This document shows, piece after piece, positions 9,001 through 14,280 of a stretch of 64,000 nucleotides of DNA (position 1 is the first letter of the stretch; each line of letters starts with the position of its first letter). The stretch spans positions 25,162 to 89,161 of IMG/VR virus record IMGVR_UViG_2528311002_000006. One strand, written 5' to 3'. The DNA comes from a virus. Its lineage: Duplodnaviria > Caudoviricetes. A model generated the notes under the pieces. That model saw only the letters and a program-made list of their open reading frames with translations, did not search any database and had not been told where the DNA came from. The position numbers and the translations under genes are program-made.

Positions 9001-11519
9001 GTGCTGCCGATGGTCATCGCGTCGGAGCCCTGCTGACCTGCCCGCTTCGCTTCCGAATCTATAGCATTATTCGATTCACCAGATTCATTCTGGGCGCTAT
9101 ATGTTGGCGAATCGTTTCTTTGTCCGCCGTAATCCGCTCCTGCTTTTGCAGCAACTTGAGCTGCTGGCGCTTGGCCTTGCGCTGCATTCTGCGCTGGTTC
9201 TTGCGGGCGATTGTTGATAGCTGGGGCGGAGCCATGGCCTACGCCTTCCCCCAAATGCCCAGGTGCAGTGCCAATGCCTGAAACGCTCTGGTCTTGTCCG
9301 CCAGCTTCGCCTTGTCGGCCAACTTCGCTTCCTTGCGCTGGTCTTGCTTGCGCCTGTTGCGCTGTGATTTGCTGGGCTTGATCGGCTTCACGGCCATCGA
9401 GATCTCCGTTGATGTTGAATGGCGATGCCGCTGGAGCGGCGTTCTCCCTGCTGGACGAAAGTGCCAACAGTGGGTTCTGGAGCGACAGGGGTTGAGCCGC
9501 ATCAATGGAAGCAGCCGCTGGTTCGGACTGCGCTGCATCGACCGCCATTGCGGCGGCTTTCGAGTTGGGCCCGGCGCTGGGATCGATGCCCAGACGCTCT
9601 GATGGCTTGCGCCGAACCAGGGACTCCAATGCCGCGTTGTCGGCAAACTCATCGACCAGAGGGTTTTGAGCGGCGAGATCACCCGGCAGTGGCGCGGGCG
9701 TGGATTTCCCGGTGAATGCCGCATGCGCATCGAGCAGACGACGAGCGCGTGCAGCCTCGTCCTGCGCGAGCGGTTGCTCACCAATGCGAGTCAGGGCCTC
9801 GTTCAGATAGTTGATTGACTGGGCCGTGCCCATGGCGCCGCTGTCCATGGCGTTCTGCAGACCGGAAAGAATTCGGCTGGTGCGCACCTGGGCGTCAACG
9901 GCGGCTGTGGAAACCGCTTCACCAGGCACTGCTGCCGCCAGCTCTTGTCCCATTTGCTGGCCAGCAATACCTGCAGCCTCAACGGCCGATGCGGGCTGCT
10001 GCTTCACGTTGGCCTCAAGCCAAGCGTCTTCCATGGTGGTGCGCACAGCATCGACAGTCTGCTGATCGCTGAACTGCGTGCCGCCGCGAATGGCTGCTTG
10101 AACAGCGCCCAGATGATCTTGCAGCGGCTGGTACGGCAGCCCGAAGGAGTGATTGCGATAGTCCTCTTGCCAGGGCACGAGATCGGGAATCTCAAACTCG
10201 TAGGGCTCGGGAGAGGAATAGCCCAGCAAACGGGCGCGCTCCTTCATCATCCGGCGCTCGCCGGCAGGGGTACCATCATTGAGACTGCTCAGGTACGACT
10301 CCATTTCGGAGAGGCGTCCTGTGGAACCGTCAGGATGGGTGAACAGGGTATCGGGGGGCTGATTGGTCAGCAGCAGAGGCGCCGGGGTGCCTGCCTCGGG
10401 CGCACCATCCGCCGAGCCCGTCCCGTTCGCGCGCTTGTCGCGCAGCGGGCTGGTCGCAGCCTGGTAGGCCTTCTGGCCGCCGTACATGAGGGCCGATTGC
10501 CCCACGGACGAGATCGCTTCCAAAGCCGCGTTCTTGGTGTCCCAGTCTCCGGTGGCAACGCCCTGGCCCACGAACTCGCCAGCAAACTCGCCTGCAGGAT
10601 CAAGGGCGGCAACGCCCACGTTACGTGCGACATTACCTGCTCCTGAGGTTGCTGCCTGGAAAGTCGCGTCCTTGGCGATCAGATCCTTGAAAGCGTCGGA
10701 CTTCTGAGCAGCCTTGACAGCCGCGCCATCCGTCAAGTCAACGCCCATCTTCGTAAGGGCACGGTCTGCTGCAGCTCGTGCAGGCGCGTTCAGGATCTTG
10801 CCACCAGCGCCAGCAGTGGCCGCGTCAACGGCACCGATGATGGCGCCCTTGATGGCAGCATCACCCAGCGCTGCATCGCCTTGCTCGCGGGTGAACTTCT
10901 CCACGGCCGCGGTGTCTTGAGGATTGATGCCGGCCTTGTTCAGGCGATCCATGAGCATGCCACCGCCCTCGACCAGCGTATTGCCAGCAGAGGCGCCCGC
11001 CCACGCGCCAGCAGCCAGACCAACGGGCCCCGCAGCCGCGCCGCCCGCCACACCACCGCCCACCATACCGACCATCGGTGCCAGCATATTGGGCACCTGG
11101 GCAACCAGGCCATCGCCCATGGCTTTGGCATTGCCGGCCACCGAGCGCACGCCACCTACCCAGTTGGGAGCTTCCTTCCAATCCTTGGCGATTTCACCGG
11201 CAACACCCTTGATGCCACCTGTAATGCCGTCGCCTTGCTCCCATGCCTTGGAGAGCTCCTGACCCTGCTGGCTCCCTGGGTTGACGCGGTTGTAGTCGTC
11301 AAACTCCTTGACGCGGCGTGCAACAGCTGCAGCATCACCCGTAGCCAGATCCTTGGTGATGCCAACCGAGTTGGTCATCGACTTCCAACCGCGAACCAAA
11401 GCGTTATCTTGCTCGGGCGCACCCAAGAAGTTATCAATGTTGGAAGTGGCTTTATTAGGTGCTGCGGGCGTGGCACCGGTCGATGGCTTGCCGCTCAGGA
11501 AGTCGTCAATTTGGCTCAT
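1..11519 (-). CDS. Giant polyvalent virion/DarB-like protein, >3839 aa, 3'-truncated (ParB-like, LPD1-like, N6-adenine MTase, Strawberry-notch SF2 helicase)
   Basis: ATG at 11519 (MSQIDDFL); same frame reads at both ends; absent from ORF track because there is no stop in the window. Motifs: DGHHQW (~8180), HEWAH (~5720), LEPSAGIG (~4045), NPPF (~3855), GDGTGVGKG (~2825), FDEAH (~2250). Confidence 0.9.
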   Translation of the reverse strand, partial: MSQIDDFLSGKPSTGATPAAPNKATSNIDNFLGAPEQDNALVRGWKSMTNSVGITKDLATGDAAAVARRVKEFDDYNRVNPGSQQGQELSKAWEQGDGITGGIKGVAGEIAKDWKEAPNWVGGVRSVAGNAKAMGDGLVAQVPNMLAPMVGMVGGGVAGGAAAGPVGLAAGAWAGASAGNTLVEGGGMLMDRLNKAGINPQDTAAVEKFTREQGDAALGDAAIKGAIIGAVDAATAGAGGKILNAPARAAADRALTKMGVDLTDGAAVKAAQKSDAFKDLIAKDATFQAATSGAGNVARNVGVAALDPAGEFAGEFVGQGVATGDWDTKNAALEAISSVGQSALMYGGQKAYQAATSPLRDKRANGTGSADGAPEAGTPAPLLLTNQPPDTLFTHPDGSTGRLSEMESYLSSLNDGTPAGERRMMKERARLLGYSSPEPYEFEIPDLVPWQEDYRNHSFGLPYQPLQDHLGAVQAAIRGGTQFSDQQTVDAVRTTMEDAWLEANVKQQPASAVEAAGIAGQQMGQELAAAVPGEAVSTAAVDAQVRTSRILSGLQNAMDSGAMGTAQSINYLNEALTRIGEQPLAQDEAARARRLLDAHAAFTGKSTPAPLPGDLAAQNPLVDEFADNAALESLVRRKPSERLGIDPSAGPNSKAAAMAVDAAQSEPAAASIDAAQPLSLQNPLLALSSSRENAAPAASPFNINGDLDGREADQAQQITAQQAQARPAQGSEVGRQGEAGGQDQSVSGIGTAPGHLGEGVGHGSAPAINNRPQEPAQNAAQGQAPAAQVAAKAGADYGGQRNDSPTYSAQNESGESNNAIDSEAKRAGQQGSDAMTIGSTPKTGDAVSVRDGVVYLGNYEALDYDSGEPITVPAGATRGQVAQALRDGGVLTDRQKVFGLKDREHESMAGFTAPTAQAPAAAPAPAAATPASNLASQRQQKAIERINSEKGAYFFSKPKAEAFLADNDLQDGYEVVQQEKAFLIKAKQAAVAAAEAEAATAGAGQSVANQNPGTGIAGRDLGDGWAEFAPESGTKAVPRAEMPQIKAEHRGAMVNFMNARGVAHEEATVPASSLKPTQREFSREKVEKAKAYAGGNRAILASSDGHVLDGHHQWVAALENGEDVRTIRLSAPIDELVKLAHDFPSSTVADGAETGQSVTADRGVEAPESATQSNADFLKALAQHRKELPDGFEIVPMGDTISLKEGGKFAVNGLSRDRAGVAEALRLAKERAHKNRAAAAGKAPEHTQGGTQKTEDHGSSANAKPRLAESSDALWKAIKAAGKGVVTERGVRYPVMEVVGGDWYMLDANGRLKLLDRGAATLSYSEPSDAQIAEFHDALDKDQVQVRVMTRAGYESDYKSPTTLKVLHSPSGAGFKLDSRSAIDKVSNTRTEAERSEREAAVKKAAEQEARKASREVERDLFRQLTGANGGLVGKSLDQVTAALKLQLGSRDASTALNPVQISRLARAIHKQLQANAAQLAKEAARDPQVKADAQSEALGNAFGEDVSPQSKGDFLLGFDHALAGKTKSTLSGAGLVDMVKGYEAAGEWIGTEEGAAWFEGKRRKKLENTGVDLRRHWEAMKAQMKAGESDMQKAWKQIEAATNRAELFSPYLPEGSTPGWVAYVTQLRGVTKTFKQFLFDGRSSWYGSVSVGRKGRDAENLEFVLEGKRYPGAMSIEQRQQWQTDPVFRMAQLRDAAELYIEKVQQLTAFLDGASSLKEVAERFVDTMVAEQHQEKARSRDSYYSRYERINADRLDGVLYGVHGGGVFDRGVWNGDSYDFTKFRAAGPWASGLIANEATHELPTRATPLTPPKLDRVDRAMPKDHRGGKDVTPAQFKALFGFADVGFGNWVGAKNDQDHLNYAFDAFMDLAEHFGIAPKNIGLGGVLHFTVGALGHGKFAAHFSPNHPGPNGRVQVMNLTNTKGDGTVYHEWAHALDHNLGGEWDRVKAMILNAFKFKAYEASDWERVARNFLVGGSYWQGNKNQDKVDAAIQGLRYYANSGARRGLTAYKENADKLGKDYWGNDAELLARAVEAWSADSLGGTNSYLVNRDWVGDGKVTQASGYRGTPYPTGAERVVFGQYLTALAKSVKFTDGKPTVTVADFEKNLSADIGAGEVRRRELLSKEGMQAYFEQVQEERAMAAEEKARLELEKQAEDKAKVDAMAEQALAELEALSKPAVVDAPAPSESRGPLSDDDLSAIFDQAAAELREQTQEQPNVPATHEAAAFDETVAVAAQAVPGQADKTAAKLIAEAAKLGVTGANEALSGLAKLFGGGKGGRLNSFPAGFDEETYKAAKPHFKAALASFQAAGKSLKDLFKLLIQNFGDGVKDYAIQFAKDEGLTAQLGKAPAAGAARSPSGVLADWVKSQLERGAADGSFDWRALFEQADSAFGGTQAEGKYTPKDAYDAMEAGVNQFILSRPGEFNPNATQDAAHIIVERLHRITQMLPTQTKRTAEQDEFQQFSTVPALAYAANWAANMDSSDTMLEPSAGIGGLAAFAKNAGAKLILNELSSRRAAVLREVFPAAKVFTENAEQIDNILPVTEIPSVVVMNPPFSATAGRIQGKRDTHVGAQHVEQGLKRLADGGRLVAIVGEGMNLDRPAFADWWKGIRAKYDVRAVIPMDGSGYAKYGTTFDNAILVIDKVKPSHRPIVTTPAKTYSDLIGSLAEIRNDRPESVFPSNDRDGLELDAAEYALAESSQAGRGSAQPEQSGRDQRSDVGRAKSGRGQGLGAGSGGRSGAGGSGGTRDNGSESGTGRTAGNDDAGGGRDAAAAGGSGSDAAQSAVSIQATEQTGDPAAGLSDSIFESYQPQRLQVPGAKPHPGPLVQSSAMAAVLPPVPTYTPNLPKETIEKGLLSIAQIEAVVYAGQAHQELLEPVTVDGKDVAYRRGFFIGDGTGVGKGREISGIILDNMRQGREKAVWISEKPGLMPDAQRDFSGIGGDPKQIFSVSKTKAEEQINADQGIAFLSYATLRSGAKSQENVAAPITKAQFAKQFPKGLDVVTTNGRGTFPLDHIDPKDDGGKVWVKVGGELKFIRYTSVESIGGQSDWLSGRTAQPAKGSKKEGQSRLDQLVNWLGKDFDGVIAFDEAHNAGNAVAQKGTRGQSQPSAQALAVVELQKRLPNARVVYVSATGATQVSNLSFATRLGLWGPATPFASVQNFIAEMTAGGLAAMELVARDLKQMGAYMARSLSFEGVTYSRVEHQLSPLQQDIYNRLAEAWQVTLQNIDAALKTTGAVGENGKGSSSAKSAAMSAYWGAQQRFFSQVITSMQMPSVLEQMERDVADGKALVLQLVNTNEAQQNRSIAKRREEDESADLEELDLTPRDVLMQMVEKSFPVTQFEEQEDDSGKKIRVPAKDSQGNPVINREAVAMREALLKDLKDIRVPDGPLEIVLNHFGVDKVAEVTGRTQRVVRKLDKDGELRAQLESRGPASARADANAFMADQKPILVFSDAGGTGYSFHADNTQKNKRKRSHYLIQPGWRADKAVQGFGRTHRTNQASAPHYFLASTNVPSQKRFLSAIARRLDQLGALTKGQRDTANQGMFSEKDNLESIYATQAVQQFFKDGQHQQLDGISFAEFLRQTGLESIIDEETNRIAEDRMPDTRTFLNRMLSLKLDMQEKVFDAFMLRMEEKVEMAVERGEFDAGLQTIRALESRVVADDLAYTDPRSGAETRLVELELTQPTTIYPFPDSLQKAEYVVNVKSGKVYAKTLVGKSTTKEGAVVDRFRFYGTGSVQSKTAPEIAKAFRGSTKAEAMKLWAAENEARPKTYTERKHMIVGAMLPIWDRLKTDGSIQVARTMTVDGSRLLGRVIDKKSLPDVRKRLNVSSAASKMSPA
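3158..3502 (-). CDS. Candidate overprinted 114-aa acidic helical protein in +1 frame of the giant gene
   Basis: Protein-like alternative-frame ORF over a G/S/R/D-rich linker; start uncertain. Confidence 0.4.
   Translation of the reverse strand: MTDQNLFSRQTIVTDLNSTPQSMHLLSLLKQAGVPHSPNNLAVTSVLMWAAQNLAGDRGWAQEVEGAAALADLEEPETMAQNLAQVELLETTTLEEAAMLLLQEVADLMPPNQL
9059..9235 (-). CDS. Candidate overprinted 58-aa basic peptide
   Basis: GGGGGAAGG SD-like 8 nt before ATG; MAPPQLSTIARKNQRRMQRKAKRQQ... Confidence 0.4.
   Translation of the reverse strand: MAPPQLSTIARKNQRRMQRKAKRQQLKLLQKQERITADKETIRQHIAPRMNLVNRIML
9239..9397 (-). CDS. Candidate overprinted 52-aa basic peptide
   Basis: GGAG 6 nt before ATG; MAVKPIKPSKSQRNRRKQDQRKEAK... 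Confidence 0.4.
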   Translation of the reverse strand: MAVKPIKPSKSQRNRRKQDQRKEAKLADKAKLADKTRAFQALALHLGIWGKA

Positions 11520-11568
11520 ACCCGCATGCTGGCGGGACGGGCCAAATTATCTAAACCCTATACAGGGT
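11520..11568 (-). promoter_or_regulatory. Putative late promoter, copy 1
   Basis: ACCCTGTATAGGGTTTAGA-N18-CAGCAT-N6-ATG. Confidence 0.65.
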
Positions 11569-11610
11569 GGCCTTGCCTAAACACTTGGAGCCAGGGCGGA
11601 TGACAACTAC

Positions 11611-12111
11611 TCAAAGGGGGTCGGTAGGCTTTGACTTGTGCGTATTGAAGTCACGGTCAGCCAAGGAAAGAAGACGAGTGTTTTCATATTGGAGTGTTTT
11701 CATAATCTCGTCACTCTCTTTTCGCGCCTTGCTGACCTCATAACGTAGCTCATCAATCTCGGTATTCATTTCAGCGATGAGTTGGGGGCTACGCTCACGG
11801 TCCACAGCCTTCTGCAATTCGTAGAGTCTGGAGAGCAAAGCATCAAGCCGCATCCGCGATGCTTCATATTGCATGCGCAAACCAGACACGATCCCTCCTT
11901 GCTCAATCCGAGCCGCCATTCTCTTTAGGTCTTCCACGGCATGGCTAGATCCATTCCGCGTTCCGGCTACCGCGCCATCCTCTGCGAATGATCCCTCCAG
12001 CCGTGCCACGACCTCTGCATTCATGGATCTATTGCTGGCATCTGCAGACTCTCGCAACTTGTCGGCTAGCTCCACTGGCAATCTGAATTGGCTTCTAAAA
12101 ATATCTTGCAT
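11611..12111 (-). CDS. Arc/Mnt-family ribbon-helix-helix repressor with coiled-coil C-terminus
   Basis: FRLPVELADKLRESADASNRSMNAEVVARLE; divergent from an arc-like gene. Confidence 0.85.
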   Translation of the reverse strand: MQDIFRSQFRLPVELADKLRESADASNRSMNAEVVARLEGSFAEDGAVAGTRNGSSHAVEDLKRMAARIEQGGIVSGLRMQYEASRMRLDALLSRLYELQKAVDRERSPQLIAEMNTEIDELRYEVSKARKESDEIMKTLQYENTRLLSLADRDFNTHKSKPTDPL

Positions 12112-12120
12112 GGCACTATG

Positions 12121-12164
12121 TTGACACTACGACATGCAGTTTGTATAGTGACGTTGTGTCACTA
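12121..12164 (+). promoter_or_regulatory. Sigma70 promoter with overlapping palindromic operator
   Basis: TTGACA-17-TATAGT; TAGTGAC-N5-GTCACTA at 12146-12164. Confidence 0.8.
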
Positions 12165-12175
12165 AAGGAGGTTCC

Positions 12176-12340
12176 ATGGACACGAAGATTGGAAGCATCA
12201 AACCATTTGGCCTTCGTCTGCCGCCTGAGCTTAAGAAGTGGGTAGAAGAGCAGGCTAAGAAGGACCGCCGCAGCGTCAACAGTTGGATAACGCTTCTTAT
12301 TGAGCAGAGGCAAGAGTCTCAACATGAAAAACAGCGCTGA
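12176..12340 (+). CDS. Arc-family repressor (54 aa, below ORF-track cutoff)
   Basis: AAGGAGG RBS; MDTKIGSIKPFGLRLPPELKKWVEEQAKKDRRSVNSWI. Confidence 0.85.
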   Translation: MDTKIGSIKPFGLRLPPELKKWVEEQAKKDRRSVNSWITLLIEQRQESQHEKQR

Positions 12341-12416
12341 AATAGATAAGGCCTCTACCGCGCCAACGGTAAAGGCCTTGAGTGAAGAGTCCCAAACAAC
12401 TACGAAAGGAACAATC

Positions 12417-13325
12417 GTGAACAATTCTACAGCACTGACCATCGCAGGCTCCAGCGTTCGCCAAGTCAACGGTCTGTATTCCCTGAATGATCTGCATAAA
12501 GCTAGTGGCGGCGAGGAAAATTTCAAACCTGCTTTTTTCCTGCGTAACGATCAAGCGCAGGCGTTGGTAGCGGAAATCGCAAAAGGTGCAGATCTGCACC
12601 TTTTCCTGAAATCAACCAAGGGGCGCAACGGGGGCACCTTCGCTTGCAAAGAGCTCGTCATTGCCTATGCCGCCTGGATCAGCGCGGCGTTTCACCTCAA
12701 GGTGATTCGCGTGTTTCTGTCCGCTGCCACACAGCAGCATGAACCTGTTCAAGCCACCCTTGATTACGACCGCATCAGCCCTGCCCAAGCGCAAGATCTC
12801 AAGGAAATTGTTGAGGCCATCGTCAAGGCCGGCATTCAGAACTATGCGGAAACTTGGAGGCGCTTGCAAAACAAGTTCAAGGTCAACAGCTACTTGGCCC
12901 TGAACCCTGGTCAATATGAAGCCGCGCGCTCTTACCTGATTGCAAAACTGCCGGACGGCTACTGCAGCGATGTTGTCGATCCAATATCTAAACCCAAGTC
13001 CAACGCGCCAGACATAGGCCTTGCGTTCACTATTGCCGCCGAGGCTGCGGCCAAGGTGCAGCGCGCGGTGTTCGATAGCGCCATGTCGGGTGCCCCAGAC
13101 TGGAAGCATGGCCGCTACCTGTTGAGTGTAGGCGCGCACGCTCAGCAGATCGAACCCGACGCCTTCGTCTTACCGATTGATCGTCTGCCCGGAGCGATCG
13201 AGGCGAGCACGAACTTGGATGCTCAGACACTGATGCAACTCGCATCCGCATGTATGACGAAGCTGGGCCACATGGCTCAAAGCACTGCAGCCTCATCTAG
13301 CAACTTGATCGAAGCCACAGCGTAG
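12417..13325 (+). CDS. KilA-N plus ORF6C-type antirepressor
   Basis: YSLNDLHKASG...GTFACKELVIAYAAWISAAFHLKVIR; WRRLQNKFKVNSY; GTG start after AAAGGA. Confidence 0.85.
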   Translation: MNNSTALTIAGSSVRQVNGLYSLNDLHKASGGEENFKPAFFLRNDQAQALVAEIAKGADLHLFLKSTKGRNGGTFACKELVIAYAAWISAAFHLKVIRVFLSAATQQHEPVQATLDYDRISPAQAQDLKEIVEAIVKAGIQNYAETWRRLQNKFKVNSYLALNPGQYEAARSYLIAKLPDGYCSDVVDPISKPKSNAPDIGLAFTIAAEAAAKVQRAVFDSAMSGAPDWKHGRYLLSVGAHAQQIEPDAFVLPIDRLPGAIEASTNLDAQTLMQLASACMTKLGHMAQSTAASSSNLIEATA

Positions 13326-13367
13326 TTCCAGTTCAATCAAACTTTTCAATTCCCAGGAAAATTCGAA

Positions 13368-13712
13368 GTGGATACCAACGCAATCACTCTTAATAATCAA
13401 GGCGCGCAGCACTCGACCTTGATGCTCTTGCGCAAGCCAGTGCGCATGATCGACCGCTACGGAGATACTTGGCTTGTGGTTTCTGACCTGTATGCCGCAA
13501 TCGGTGTTACAGCAAAGTTCGAGCAGCACTGGAAAGAGGTTCCAGAAATGGAGCGCGACGTTTACTTCTTCAAGGTAAACACTGGCAAAGCTATTACCGA
13601 GAAGATCATCAGCGTTGAAGGCCTGCAAGTCTTACTCAAGAATGTCCCAATTCCTGTGGCAAGCAAGGTTCTGCAGTGGGCACAGATGTCACTGACAGCT
13701 GAGGCTGCATAA
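13368..13712 (+). CDS. BRO-N-like protein
   Basis: PVRMIDRYGDTWLVVSDLYAAIG...IISVEGL. Confidence 0.6.
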   Translation: MDTNAITLNNQGAQHSTLMLLRKPVRMIDRYGDTWLVVSDLYAAIGVTAKFEQHWKEVPEMERDVYFFKVNTGKAITEKIISVEGLQVLLKNVPIPVASKVLQWAQMSLTAEAA

Positions 13713-13732
13713 CAAAATCCCGCCTTCACCAC

Positions 13733-13756
13733 AGCCCGCGCCTGCGGGCTTTTTTG
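13733..13756 (+). terminator. Rho-independent terminator
   Basis: AGCCCGC-GCCT-GCGGGCT followed by T-tract. Confidence 0.75.
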
Positions 13757-13782
13757 CGACTGCATGTTACATTCCTCCGAAA

Positions 13783-14277
13783 ATGGAGGGGGATATGCTT
13801 TATTTCATCGCCTGCGCTTCAATTGCGGCATACATGGCCTACTGGCTCACGCCACGCCTGCTGAAGCTGCCATTGCTTGCAGTGCCAGGAGGGATAGTTA
13901 GCGGCTTGGTGATTGGGAGCGTGCTGGTATTTGGCGTGCTGTCTATATCAGGTGCTGCAATGGTACAAAGCGAAATCCCCCGCGCGTTTGGGCAAGCCTT
14001 CTGGTGGTGCCTCATTGCTGCTGGCACTGGCTACTTCGCAGCCAAGGCCACGTCAGTATCAGACAAATTGATGAGTGCTGGTGCTGTCGCTTTGGTCGCA
14101 GTGCTGATGCTGGTATTGGCGGCAAGTGTCTCAAACACAAGCCAGACTGCTGCCGAAGTGCAATCCACCCCTGCCCCGATGATCAAATCCACACCAGTGC
14201 AACAGCTTCCCAAAGTTGACCGCTACGGGAGGCCGTGCACTGAGATCAGCGAGTTCCTCAAGGAATGCACCCGCTAA
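13783..14277 (+). CDS. Membrane protein (about 4 TM), moron-like
   Basis: Hydrophobic segments; opposite strand to the late genes. Confidence 0.75.
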   Translation: MEGDMLYFIACASIAAYMAYWLTPRLLKLPLLAVPGGIVSGLVIGSVLVFGVLSISGAAMVQSEIPRAFGQAFWWCLIAAGTGYFAAKATSVSDKLMSAGAVALVAVLMLVLAASVSNTSQTAAEVQSTPAPMIKSTPVQQLPKVDRYGRPCTEISEFLKECTR

Positions 14278-14280
14278 GGC

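Noticed and set aside
272-11603. Long plus-strand ORFs (e.g. 1905-3167, 3570-5150, 7416-9281)
   Set aside because: Antisense shadows of the GC-rich giant minus-strand gene; no recognisable motifs
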